Of a stretch of 39,670 bases of DNA, positions 28,952 through 38,462 are shown one piece after another. The position numbers were made by a program, and so were the translations under genes. The notes beneath the pieces are model-generated. The model was not told the DNA's origin. It was given only the letters and a program-made list of their open reading frames with translations, and made no database searches. The DNA comes from a virus. The stretch lies in UHGV virus genome UHGV-0120812; one strand, 5' to 3'. Every line of letters starts with the position of its first letter. The stretch's first letter is position 1.

Positions 28952-29904
28952 TGGCTGATTCGAATCTCAATGAGCCGGTAATCATTCAGGCTACACGACT
29001 CGACACATCAGTCCTTCCACGCAATATCTTCTCGCAGTCATATCTGCTGTACGTTATCGCACAGGGTACTGATGTTGGTAACGTGGCTAACAAGGCCAAC
29101 GAAGCAGGGAAGGGAGCTTATGATGCACAGGTGAAGAATGATGAGCAGGATGTCACCCTTGCAGACCATGAATCCAGAATTGCTGCTGCTGAAGCAACTC
29201 TCGTCAATCATGAACATAGAATCGCAGCAGCGGAAAGCACTCTTGCAGATCATGAAACAAGGATTACGGCTGCCGAAACAGAGCTGGCTGATCACGAGAC
29301 GCGAATTGCTGCCAATGAATCTGAGTTAGCAAACCATGATGCGCGAATAACTCAGAATACAACCGATATCAACGCACTTGATACCAGGCTCACAGCGGCA
29401 GAGGGAAGTATTTCGACGCTACAAAGCACAGTTGGTGATCACTCAACAAGAATATCTGCGCTTGAGTATGCCACCACGCGCAAGAAATCAGAGGTTGTTT
29501 ACTCAGGAGTATCGGTAACCATTCCAACAGCGCCGACCAACCTTGTTAGCCTGCTGAAAACGCTCACGCCGTCATCCGGGACGTTGGCACCATTCTTCGA
29601 TACTGATAACAACAAGATGGTTGTTTTCAACGAGAACAAAACCCTGTTCTTCAAGCTGTCGATTGTCGGGACGTGGCCCAGCGGAACCGCAAACAGGTCA
29701 ATGCAGCTAACCTTTTCCGGATCTGTTCCTGACACACTGGTAAGCAGTCGCAACTCGGCGACAACAACCGATAACATCCTGTTAGCTACGTTCTTCAGCG
29801 TGGATAAAGACGGCTTTCTTGCCACAAATGGCAGTACGTTAACCATCCAGTCAAATGTGGCGGCGTTTACTGCCACAACCATCAAGATAATCGCGGAGCA
29901 GTGA
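28951..29904 (+). CDS. Tail needle (P22 gp26-like) with C-terminal knob extension
   Basis: 317 aa from [43 protein letters not shown] (gp26 N-terminus), then heptad-like ADHETRI repeats and a roughly 120-aa non-helical C-terminal domain. Confidence 0.85.
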   Translation: MADSNLNEPVIIQATRLDTSVLPRNIFSQSYLLYVIAQGTDVGNVANKANEAGKGAYDAQVKNDEQDVTLADHESRIAAAEATLVNHEHRIAAAESTLADHETRITAAETELADHETRIAANESELANHDARITQNTTDINALDTRLTAAEGSISTLQSTVGDHSTRISALEYATTRKKSEVVYSGVSVTIPTAPTNLVSLLKTLTPSSGTLAPFFDTDNNKMVVFNENKTLFFKLSIVGTWPSGTANRSMQLTFSGSVPDTLVSSRNSATTTDNILLATFFSVDKDGFLATNGSTLTIQSNVAAFTATTIKIIAEQ

Positions 29905-30359
29905 TGATTCAGTTCAACCCAACGCGAAACATCGACCTGATCGAAGCAGTCGGAAATCACCCTGACATTATTGCCGGGAGCAACAACGGTGATGGATACG
30001 ACTACAAGCCTGAATGCCGTTACTTCGAGGTGAACGTGCACGGGCAGTTCGGCGGCATTGTTTACTATCAGGAGATTCAGCCTTTGACCTTTGATTGCCA
30101 CGCCATGTACCTGCCAGAGGTTCGTGGATTCAGCAAGGAAATCGGGCTGGCGTTCTGGCGATACATTCTGACTAACACCACTGTTCAGTGTGTCACATCG
30201 TTCGCTGCACGCAAATTCCGCCACGGGCAGATGTACTGCGCAATGATTGGCCTTAATCGTGTAGGAACCATCAAGAAATACTTTAAAGGCGTGGATGACG
30301 TGACGTTTTACAGCGCCACACGCGAAGAACTAATCGACTTCCTGAATCACGGGAGATAG
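29901..30359 (+). CDS. gp14-like head/ejection-associated protein (positional call)
   Basis: 152 aa ORF between the tail needle and gp7-like genes, as P22 gene 14. Confidence 0.6.
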   Translation: MMIQFNPTRNIDLIEAVGNHPDIIAGSNNGDGYDYKPECRYFEVNVHGQFGGIVYYQEIQPLTFDCHAMYLPEVRGFSKEIGLAFWRYILTNTTVQCVTSFAARKFRHGQMYCAMIGLNRVGTIKKYFKGVDDVTFYSATREELIDFLNHGR

Positions 30360-30361
30360 CC

Positions 30362-31057
30362 ATGTTATATGCATTTAAGCTGGGCAGAAAACTGCGCGGC
30401 GAGGAACCTTATTGCCCTGAAAAAGGCGGGAAAGGTGGCAGTTCTGATAAAAGCGCAAAGTATGCAGCAGAAGCCCAGAAGTATGCTGCAGACCTGCAAA
30501 ATCAGCAGTGGCAGACGATCATGAAAAACCTTGCTCAGTTCACGCCTCTTGCGGAGCAGTATGTTAACCAGCTTCAGAGCCTTTCCAGTTTAGAAGGTCA
30601 GGGGCAGGCACTTAATCAGTATTACAACTCTCAGCAGTATAAAGACCTTGCAGGGCAGGCTCGTTACCAGAGTCTTGCTGCTGCGGAGGCGACGGGTGGA
30701 CTTGGTTCGACAGCCACAAGCAATCAACTGGCTACGATCGCGCCGACACTCGGTCAGTCTTGGTTATCAAATCAGATGAGCAATTACAACAATCTGGCAA
30801 ACGTTGGGCTTGGTGCTCTGCAAGGTCAGGCAAACGCCGGGCAGACGTACGCCAACAACATGAGCAGCATTGCACAGCAAAGCGCAGCTCTTGCCGCTGC
30901 TAATGCCAATAAACCATCAGGCCTTCAGACAGCAATTAGCGGAGGAGCTTCAGGGGCTATGACTGGCGCTGCTCTTGGCTCTATTGTTCCAGGACTTGGC
31001 ACTGGATTAGGTGCGGCAATTGGCGGCGGACTTGGCCTGCTTGGATCGTTGTTTTAA
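30362..31057 (+). CDS. Ejection protein (P22 gp7-like)
   Basis: 231 aa MLYAFKLGRKLRGEEPYCPEKGGKGGSSDKSAKYAAEAQKYAADLQNQQ..., closely matching P22 gp7 as recalled. Confidence 0.88.
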   Translation: MLYAFKLGRKLRGEEPYCPEKGGKGGSSDKSAKYAAEAQKYAADLQNQQWQTIMKNLAQFTPLAEQYVNQLQSLSSLEGQGQALNQYYNSQQYKDLAGQARYQSLAAAEATGGLGSTATSNQLATIAPTLGQSWLSNQMSNYNNLANVGLGALQGQANAGQTYANNMSSIAQQSAALAAANANKPSGLQTAISGGASGAMTGAALGSIVPGLGTGLGAAIGGGLGLLGSLF

Positions 31058-31066
31058 GGGGTAATC

Positions 31067-32473
31067 ATGGCTACTTGGCAAGGAACAAATGGCGGATTGT
31101 TGGCTGGTATCGGTGGTGTCAACTCAAACGCTCCGAGCGTAAATGACATCGGCAACACGCTTCAGCTTATCAGGCAGAACAATGATATTGAGCGTTCAGG
31201 CGCTAACAATGTTGGGCTGACAGCTTTGCAAGGTCTTTCTGGTATTGCGGGGGTGTTTCAGCAGGAAAAGCAGGCTCAGCGGCAGAAAGAATTTCAGCAG
31301 GCGTACGCTAATGCTTATGCGTCTGGTGATCGCGGTGCTTTGCGTAAGTTGGCTACTCAATATCCAGACCAGATTGAATCCGTTCGTAAAGGCATGGGAT
31401 TCATTGATGAAGAGCAGCGTAATTCTATCGGCACCTTAGCGGCTGGCGCACGCCTTGCGTCATCGTCTCCAGAAGCAATGCAATCATGGCTGCAAAACAA
31501 CGCCAAGGAACTGACTCGCGTCGGTGTTGACCCTAACAGCGTTGCTCAGATGTATCAGCAGAATCCTTCAGGATTTGGTGAGTTTGTTGATCACCTTGGA
31601 ATGGCTGCTCTTGGTCCGATTGATTACTTCAATGTTCAGGACAAGATGGCTGGTCGTGAGATTGACCGAGGCGGGCTGGCAGAGACAATCCGCAGCAATC
31701 AGGCTGGTGAAGCACTTCAGGCGAGAGGGCAAAACCTTTCCTATCAGTCAGCAATGACTGGGCACAATATCGCAGCACAACGCTTGGCTCTGGATCAGCA
31801 AGAGTTCGGGTTTAAGATGCAGCAAGCGCAGGAAAAGGCTCAGCAGTTGATTAGCGAAGCACCTAAGCTGTCAGTAAACATGGAAAAAGGCATCGAGACG
31901 GCTGTAAACAATGCCACAGCATCATCAAACTCAGCCAATTCCATGAGTGCGCTTGCTCAACAGTTCAGAGCAGAAAAACCAACGACCGGCTTGTTCGGTA
32001 ACGCACAGAACATGTTCGCAAAACTTACCGGAAGCGATACGACATTGCGTGATTTGCGCATTCGCCAAAATGCCCTTGTTAACAGTCAGGTTCTTAAATT
32101 CCTACCTCCCGGCCCAGCAACGGATAAAGACGTTGAGATCGTTCGACAGGGTGCGCCAACTGACATGGATAACCCTGAGACGGTCGCAAGATGGCTTGAT
32201 GCAATGGCAAACCTTGAGCGACGAAACGCGCAGTTTAATGAGTTTAAAGCTGAGTGGATGAGCGCGAATGGCAACCCTGGACAATCGCGTAATGGCGGTC
32301 AGATATTGGGGTTGGATGTTAAAAAAGGTGAATCATTGGGGAGTGCCGTTAAGCGGTATATGTCAATGAATACTGACGCAGCGCCAGCACAAGATTCGAC
32401 ACCTTCAGGAGAACCACGGAATCAGGTTGGATCATATACCTCAAAATCAGGCATTCAATTTACGGTGGAATGA
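31067..32473 (+). CDS. Ejection protein (P22 gp20-like)
   Basis: 468 aa ORF at the gp20 position and of similar length. Confidence 0.8.
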   Translation: MATWQGTNGGLLAGIGGVNSNAPSVNDIGNTLQLIRQNNDIERSGANNVGLTALQGLSGIAGVFQQEKQAQRQKEFQQAYANAYASGDRGALRKLATQYPDQIESVRKGMGFIDEEQRNSIGTLAAGARLASSSPEAMQSWLQNNAKELTRVGVDPNSVAQMYQQNPSGFGEFVDHLGMAALGPIDYFNVQDKMAGREIDRGGLAETIRSNQAGEALQARGQNLSYQSAMTGHNIAAQRLALDQQEFGFKMQQAQEKAQQLISEAPKLSVNMEKGIETAVNNATASSNSANSMSALAQQFRAEKPTTGLFGNAQNMFAKLTGSDTTLRDLRIRQNALVNSQVLKFLPPGPATDKDVEIVRQGAPTDMDNPETVARWLDAMANLERRNAQFNEFKAEWMSANGNPGQSRNGGQILGLDVKKGESLGSAVKRYMSMNTDAAPAQDSTPSGEPRNQVGSYTSKSGIQFTVE

Positions 32474-34317
32474 TGAAAGTAACTGCAAACGGTAAGACAT
32501 TTACCTTTCCTGATGGTACGAGCACCGAAGATATTGGCACCGCCATTGATGAGTATTTTGCTGGTCAGGCTGTTCAGCAACAAACAGTTAATCAGGCCAA
32601 TAATGCACCAACACGGGAAGAACCATCATTGATGCAACAAGCTGGCGATTGGCTCACTGGTGGTCAAAGTGCAGGGCAAATTGCGGAACAGGCTGGTCGT
32701 GGTCTGGTAAACATACCATTTGACGTATTGCAGGGCGGCGCAAGTCTGATTAATGCAATCAGCCAGGGGCTTGGTGGCCCCAAGGTTTTGGACGATGTCT
32801 ATCGTCCAGTCGATCGACCAACAGACCCTTATGCGCAAGCTGGAGAAACAATTGGCGGGTATTTAGTTCCAGGAGTTGGAACGGCAGGAAGCATGGCTAT
32901 TGGATCACTGGCAGAGGCCGCAAATCAGAAAGGCGATTTCGCACAAAATGCAGCTAAAAATGCCGGAGTTAACCTTGCCGCTCAGGGGGTTCTTTCCGCA
33001 GCAGCAAAGGGAATATGGCGTGGAATAACGGCTATAAAAGGTGATATTGCGCCAGAAGTGGCGAAGAAAATTGCCACATCAGAATCGATGGGCGTGACAC
33101 CAATGACATCTGATGTTATCCCGCCGAAAAATGCTTTCACTCGCGGCCTAACTCAGGATGCCGAGGGGGCTTTGCTCGGGACAGGCTCAAAGCGAGCGGA
33201 GCAATATGCAACGCGTAGTAAGCTGGTAAGTAATTATTTTGACCGTTTTGGTGAGTACAACCCTGATGATGTGGTGAAATCTCTTACCACCACGTTAAGG
33301 GGGCGGAAGGATGCCGCTGGCGCTGTTATCAATGACGTCACCAATAAAATGGGTAATGCCGCAGTTGATACCACAAATACCATGAATGCTCTGAATACAG
33401 CGATCGCAAGACAGGAACGGCTTGGGACGTCTGCCAATCAAAGCCTGCTTACATCCTTGCGTAACCTACGTGAAGAATTAGCAAACCCTGCAACTGATTT
33501 GGATGTTACGTTTGATCTCTTGCGTCAGCACAGAACAGCATTTAGATCTAATGTTCAGGGAGATGCTATGGTCTTCCCAAACCAGGCAAAAGCAGCTACC
33601 AATATGGTAGAGAATGCAATGTCAAAAGATCTTCGTAACGCAGTTGCAAAAAACCTCGGTGCATCAGACGCAGCAAAATACCTTAAAGCAAATTCCGATT
33701 ATGCAAACGTTTATAATAAGGTGCTTAATAAAAACATTGCTAACAAGCTCAACAAGGCAAGCAGTGAAGCCAGTCCTGAACTTATAAATACCGTTGTATT
33801 AAGCAGAAAACCATCTGACGTGAAACGAATCTGGAGCGCATTGGATAATAAAGGGAAAGATGCTATGCGTGCAGCTTATGTCAGCAAAATAGCGGAAAAG
33901 GCCGGTGACTCTCCAGCCAAGTTCATCACTGAAGTTAATAAGCTGAAATCTCAGTCAGGCGGTGAAATTTACAACACTATTTTTTCTGGAAAGCACATGA
34001 AAGAGCTTGATTCTCTTCATGAAGTTCTACAGCAAACAGCAAGGTCAGACACCGCAAATGTAGTAACTCAGACGGGGCAATCGCAAGCCAACAGGATAAG
34101 GACGATTGGCGCAACTGCGACTCTTGGCGTATCAATGGGGCTTGAGGCTGGTTTCGGTGCAATGATGCGCTTGTATGAGTCAAAAGCAGCAAGGAATGCT
34201 CTCTTACGTTTGGCAAACACCAAAGCAGGAACACCAGCCTATGAAAGAGCGCTAAATAATGCTGCAAATGCGATACGCCCTATACTTTCAAGCCAAATTA
34301 CAGCAGAACAGCAATAA
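32470..34317 (+). CDS. Ejection protein (P22 gp16-like)
   Basis: 615 aa ORF at the gp16 position and of similar length. Confidence 0.8.
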   Translation: MMKVTANGKTFTFPDGTSTEDIGTAIDEYFAGQAVQQQTVNQANNAPTREEPSLMQQAGDWLTGGQSAGQIAEQAGRGLVNIPFDVLQGGASLINAISQGLGGPKVLDDVYRPVDRPTDPYAQAGETIGGYLVPGVGTAGSMAIGSLAEAANQKGDFAQNAAKNAGVNLAAQGVLSAAAKGIWRGITAIKGDIAPEVAKKIATSESMGVTPMTSDVIPPKNAFTRGLTQDAEGALLGTGSKRAEQYATRSKLVSNYFDRFGEYNPDDVVKSLTTTLRGRKDAAGAVINDVTNKMGNAAVDTTNTMNALNTAIARQERLGTSANQSLLTSLRNLREELANPATDLDVTFDLLRQHRTAFRSNVQGDAMVFPNQAKAATNMVENAMSKDLRNAVAKNLGASDAAKYLKANSDYANVYNKVLNKNIANKLNKASSEASPELINTVVLSRKPSDVKRIWSALDNKGKDAMRAAYVSKIAEKAGDSPAKFITEVNKLKSQSGGEIYNTIFSGKHMKELDSLHEVLQQTARSDTANVVTQTGQSQANRIRTIGATATLGVSMGLEAGFGAMMRLYESKAARNALLRLANTKAGTPAYERALNNAANAIRPILSSQITAEQQ

Positions 34318-34330
34318 AAATAAGATATAA

Positions 34331-34816
34331 CTATCTGATATTACTGCTACTGTTGCATGTTACCGTGTTTCCAAATCCTGAATTGCAGTTTGTATATGTG
34401 TCAACGCGTGTTGGGTAAGGTTGAGTTATAACAGGCTGGCGCGCTTTTTGCTCGATCGCTTGCATTGTGTTTACAGCCTGATAATTCAATAAAGCCTGCT
34501 GGAATGCTTGGCTTTGTGCTATTTGTTGTGCTTGTTCTTGGCTTTGTAATTGAACATAAAGATTCTGAAGTTCAAGTCTTGCCTGTGTGTCACTTATCTT
34601 GCCTTCATCGACACCTTGCCCGAGCATCTTCGCAGCAAGGACATACAGCTTAGGTGTTGGTGCTGATGCCATGCGAGAGTCGTTCTTCAAGCTGGCATCA
34701 AGGCAATTAGCCATATCGCTAAGCTTTGGATAGCGTTGCTCGCAACTTGCCTGATAGTCGCTTACTTTTGCGCACCCAGCCAGCAGAAGCGGGATAATTA
34801 ACAGTGATTTTTTCAT
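34331..34816 (-). CDS. Lipoprotein, accessory gene (candidate superinfection-exclusion or conversion factor)
   Basis: 161 aa from MKKSLLIIPLLLAGC (signal peptide plus LAGC lipobox); Q-rich helical middle; convergent with gp16. Confidence 0.65.
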   Translation of the reverse strand: MKKSLLIIPLLLAGCAKVSDYQASCEQRYPKLSDMANCLDASLKNDSRMASAPTPKLYVLAAKMLGQGVDEGKISDTQARLELQNLYVQLQSQEQAQQIAQSQAFQQALLNYQAVNTMQAIEQKARQPVITQPYPTRVDTYTNCNSGFGNTVTCNSSSNIR

Positions 34817-34850
34817 ATAATTAACTCTCCTTAGTTTTGCGCAGGATACC

Positions 34851-35216
34851 ATGAAAAAAGTTAACATTGGAAACGTACCAAAGATGCTCGTTCCGCTCTT
34901 TGAGAGCGGTACAATTGTGTTTTGTAGAGACTTTCCAGAATGGCAACGCCTGCATCAAAAACTTGGCGTTGACGTGCATGACTCGGACGCCAACGGAGCG
35001 TCTCATACAATGAGTAGCGAGAATGGTGTTTTGCATGTGATAGGCGTGTTCAATGGCAAACTATCTACTATTGCCCATGAGTGCGCTCACATGGCATTCG
35101 ATATCTGCTCAAGGGTAGGTGTTGATGTTGAACCAGGAAGAGCCAACGAGACTTACTGCTACTTAATGAGCAGGCTTGTTGAGTTCTGCGAGCGACATAT
35201 CAAAAAGCCGGAGTGA
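34851..35216 (+). CDS. Hypothetical protein with HExxH motif (possible small zinc metallopeptidase)
   Basis: 121 aa; AHECAHMAFD contains HExxH; divergent from the lipoprotein gene across a 34-bp gap. Confidence 0.55.
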   Translation: MKKVNIGNVPKMLVPLFESGTIVFCRDFPEWQRLHQKLGVDVHDSDANGASHTMSSENGVLHVIGVFNGKLSTIAHECAHMAFDICSRVGVDVEPGRANETYCYLMSRLVEFCERHIKKPE

Positions 35217-35229
35217 CCCGGCTTGATTA

Positions 35230-35409
35230 TTACTTTTTGCTGTCTGGAGTTCGCTTATCCAATACCCAGCCATGACCTGGCTTTGTTGTTGGTGGAAGCC
35301 TTTCGTTGTCCTTGACGGTTGCAAAATTGTCTTTCTTACCGCCGCGTGGGCCAACTTCTTGGTATATTCCGCCGTTTTTTCCTGTGTTTTCACCTGGTTT
35401 TTTCGCCAT
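35230..35409 (-). CDS. Hypothetical small Gly/Lys-rich protein
   Basis: 59 aa MAKKPGENTGKNGGIYQEVGPRGGKKDNFATVKDNERLPPTTKPGHGWVLDKRTPDSKK; GAGGT RBS 7 nt upstream; hairpin plus T-run downstream. Confidence 0.45.
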   Translation of the reverse strand: MAKKPGENTGKNGGIYQEVGPRGGKKDNFATVKDNERLPPTTKPGHGWVLDKRTPDSKK

Positions 35410-35508
35410 GATATACCTCAACATACACCCGTTATTGGGCGATTAAATATTGATCTCATTTTATAAGTAGTCAATATGGCCCAGGTAAATGCAAAAATTA
35501 ACCCACCT

Positions 35509-35760
35509 TCAGGTGGGTTTTTTGTACAAATCCTTCAGCGTATCAAACACCATCTTCTTAACAAGCTCTGACTGCTCATCAGCGATGCGTTCCGCATCGT
35601 CTCGATAGCCTGAAATTTTGGATGGCTTTGATACAGCATCAGTCACTATCTGAACTAATTCTGAATTAAGAGAGCGGCCATTGGATTTGGCTCGCTGTTT
35701 TAGTTTTTCCTTTAATTCGTAAGGTAGCCGCAGATTAAATTGCGGGTCATCTCTTCCCAT
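35509..35760 (-). CDS. mnt: Mnt repressor (ribbon-helix-helix, Arc/MetJ family)
   Basis: 83 aa; DDPQFNLRLPYELKEKLKQRAKSNGRSLNSEL...YRDDAERIADEQSELVKKMVFDTLKDLYKK resembles P22 Mnt. Confidence 0.85.
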   Translation of the reverse strand: MGRDDPQFNLRLPYELKEKLKQRAKSNGRSLNSELVQIVTDAVSKPSKISGYRDDAERIADEQSELVKKMVFDTLKDLYKKPT

Positions 35761-35820
35761 TCTTGATGCCTCGCTTTTGTGAGTGGATCGGCATCTTATT
35801 ATCTGCTGATTGCATCCTCA

Positions 35821-35841
35821 ATAAGACCACGGTGGTCGTAT
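35821..35841. promoter_or_regulatory. Mnt-operator-like palindrome
   Basis: ATAAGACCACGGTGGTCGTAT, a near-perfect 21-bp palindrome with the CACGGTG centre, between mnt and the tailspike gene. Confidence 0.65.
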
Positions 35842-35907
35842 TTTTTTGATTAATAATGCATCACTGCGGCAATGCTGCGGCGATTCCTTGTATCTGGAGC
35901 AAATTAA

Positions 35908-38046
35908 ATGACAGACATTACAGCCAATGTTGTAGTGAGCATGCCTTCGCAACTCTTCACTATGGCGCGTTCTTTTAAAGCCGTAGCTAATGGCAAAATT
36001 TATATCGGTAAAATTGACACTGACCCGGTAAATCCTGATAACCAGATTCAGGTCTATGTTGAGAACGAAGATGGTTCTCACGTTCCTGTTGCACAGCCAA
36101 TCGTCATCAATGCCGCTGGGTATCCAGTATATAACGGACAGATTGCCAAGTTCGTAACTGTGCAAGGCCATTCTATGGCTGTTTATGATGCGTATGGTAC
36201 ACAGCAGTTCTATTTTCCGAATGTGCTGAAGTATGACCCTGATCAACTACGGCAGCAATTAGAAGACCCGGATGGAGCTAAAAAATATCCTGAATTGCAG
36301 ATATCTCGGTGGAGGGACGATTGTGATGTAAGAGGGTGGGGGGCAAAAGGCGATGGTATAACAGATGATACATCTGCATTGATCTTGGCTGCAGAATATG
36401 CACGAGAATCATCCAGAACATTACGAGCGGAAGGTAATTTTATTATTACGGAGACATTAAATCTTCGTAATGTCAGCCTCGAAATGACCAATGCTGTTTT
36501 TACCATATCCCACTCAGGAATAGGGGTATTGCTTGGCGGGAATGCATCAAACCCTAACAACCCAAGACAAAACTTCGGAACGATTATCAGAAATTCTGGT
36601 ATTTCATCTGAAACGACACCGGATATTCGTATTATCGGGGCAAAAGGGCAGCATATAAACATTGAGCGTTGCGACTACTTACAGTTATATGCAAATTATA
36701 ATGCTTCGGTGGCATCGACGGATTATTCAATAGCATACTCAACCTTTAACCTGAAAAAGGTCGATACAATTCATTTTCTTGGAGTTGAGAAAGGATGGAT
36801 AAATGAAAACTATTTTTATCTGAATCGTACGAATAATATCATTTTCGCTGATAATCCATATCATCATAACCACAATAAGTTTTATGGTGGAACTATGGAG
36901 GGGGCAGGTAAAATTGATATTCAAAGAGGTGATAACAATTACTTCTACGGGTTTCGTTTTGAACGATATCCATCATCCCCAACTAACCAACAGTTGATAA
37001 TTAACTTTGGTGAATATACGTGGAATAACTCAATTGAAGCTACATGGCTTTCATCTCCTGCGTATACAAATGAGCCATACAATCCATCGCCTTACACTTA
37101 TGTCGAGGTAACTGATAATGGCAAGGGGAATGCAGTATTTCATATTCAGGAAAATATATCCGATGAAGTAACATTGTTTTCTTTAAATGCTAACACCCCA
37201 TTTATATCCAGTGCTAACAATGGAGAAGTTGGTGCATTAGCATATCAAACAGATGTTGATGGTTTATATAATATCCGTCACCTGGTTTCTTCTAAGTTTG
37301 CTTTTATGCGGAATTTTGGGTTGTTATGGGAATCTGGAGATGTACCAGTAAGAAATGGTGATATGTTTACATTCTCAGCAGATACGGCATCGTTTCGCAT
37401 TTACCTGTATGCATTAGATAGAGATGGGAATGTCATAACCTCACAAACAGAAGCCATAACTTCTTCTATGCAATGGGATTCTGCCAACCATAGGTATGTC
37501 ACTGCTGTTAATATTTCTTCCATTAAGATCAGGATTAATAATGAAGGGGTTCCAGTTAGTGCAATTCGTTTAGCTGTGTATTCTGGTGGTAATGTAGTGA
37601 ATACTGCATTTTCATGGCTATGCTTTACTGGTAGATATTACAAAAATAGCACATCCTTACCAAGGAAAAGTAAAAATACTTTTACTTTAAAACAAGGGAA
37701 AGCACTTACTTATTATAGTGATACTGATATTAGTATGGCTAACATTGGTTCAGGAATTACCTGTTATAAAACCGATTTATCTGAACTCAAAATTAATCTT
37801 GTAAGGGGCAGGTATGTAGTGAAATCGATTTCAGGTAGTGAAATATATGTATACCAAGGAACAATCACTTATTACCCTCCACTCAGTGATATCAAATTGG
37901 TATATACGGATGGGATTGAAAATAAATTATTAGATGTGCAAAGCATCTCTTCAGGAAAGATTACTCTTGCAGATACAGTACCATCAGCTATATCTGCAGG
38001 CGATTTTGTAGATGTTATTGTTACAAAGACGAAATCTATTTTATGA
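35908..38046 (+). CDS. Tailspike: P22-type head-binding domain plus divergent beta-helix-like receptor-binding domain (candidate polysaccharide depolymerase)
   Basis: 712 aa; first ~113 residues [43 protein letters not shown]...NVLKYDPDQ match P22/HK620 tailspike N-termini; remainder unrelated to P22 and AT-rich. Confidence 0.9.
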   Translation: MTDITANVVVSMPSQLFTMARSFKAVANGKIYIGKIDTDPVNPDNQIQVYVENEDGSHVPVAQPIVINAAGYPVYNGQIAKFVTVQGHSMAVYDAYGTQQFYFPNVLKYDPDQLRQQLEDPDGAKKYPELQISRWRDDCDVRGWGAKGDGITDDTSALILAAEYARESSRTLRAEGNFIITETLNLRNVSLEMTNAVFTISHSGIGVLLGGNASNPNNPRQNFGTIIRNSGISSETTPDIRIIGAKGQHINIERCDYLQLYANYNASVASTDYSIAYSTFNLKKVDTIHFLGVEKGWINENYFYLNRTNNIIFADNPYHHNHNKFYGGTMEGAGKIDIQRGDNNYFYGFRFERYPSSPTNQQLIINFGEYTWNNSIEATWLSSPAYTNEPYNPSPYTYVEVTDNGKGNAVFHIQENISDEVTLFSLNANTPFISSANNGEVGALAYQTDVDGLYNIRHLVSSKFAFMRNFGLLWESGDVPVRNGDMFTFSADTASFRIYLYALDRDGNVITSQTEAITSSMQWDSANHRYVTAVNISSIKIRINNEGVPVSAIRLAVYSGGNVVNTAFSWLCFTGRYYKNSTSLPRKSKNTFTLKQGKALTYYSDTDISMANIGSGITCYKTDLSELKINLVRGRYVVKSISGSEIYVYQGTITYYPPLSDIKLVYTDGIENKLLDVQSISSGKITLADTVPSAISAGDFVDVIVTKTKSIL

Positions 38047-38080
38047 TGTGTTTATTTATCCTTATGTTAAAGGAGCGATA

Positions 38081-38368
38081 ATGGATATAACACCTTTCCT
38101 TCATGCGTTTTGTGCTGTGGCTGCGCAGGTACTGATTGGTCTTTTTACCGGAAACTGGGCTTACGGTGCGATAGCCGGTTGTACGTTCTTCATTGCGCGT
38201 GAACACACCCAGGCAGAATATCGCTGGACAGAAAGGTTTGGGAAAGGGAAACGTATCAACATGCCGTGGTGGGGCGGTTTTGATCCGCGCGTGTGGGATG
38301 TGGGAAGTCTGTTGGATTTTTCTTTCCCAATTATCGGATGCTTATTGGTATGGATTCTTGCATCGTAG
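38081..38368 (+). CDS. Hypothetical small membrane protein between tailspike and integrase
   Basis: 95 aa from MDITPFLHAFCAVAAQVLIGLFTGNWAYGAIAGCTFFIA...; AAGGAG RBS 7 nt upstream; two predicted TM helices. Confidence 0.6.
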   Translation: MDITPFLHAFCAVAAQVLIGLFTGNWAYGAIAGCTFFIAREHTQAEYRWTERFGKGKRINMPWWGGFDPRVWDVGSLLDFSFPIIGCLLVWILAS

Positions 38369-38462
38369 CGAACACATAATTACCGATGAAACAAAACTGA
38401 GACACACAAAGCTTTGCACTGGATTGCAAGGCTTTGTTCTCTTCGATAGTGGTTAAGGTGGA

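Noticed and set aside
29499-30224. Minus-strand 241-aa ORF opposite the tail needle and gp14-like genes.
   Set aside because: Antisense to two plus-strand genes in a uniformly plus-strand late operon.
35818-36662. Minus-strand ORFs of 142 and 139 aa opposite the tailspike 5' region.
   Set aside because: Antisense to the tailspike head-binding domain, which is near-identical to known tailspikes.
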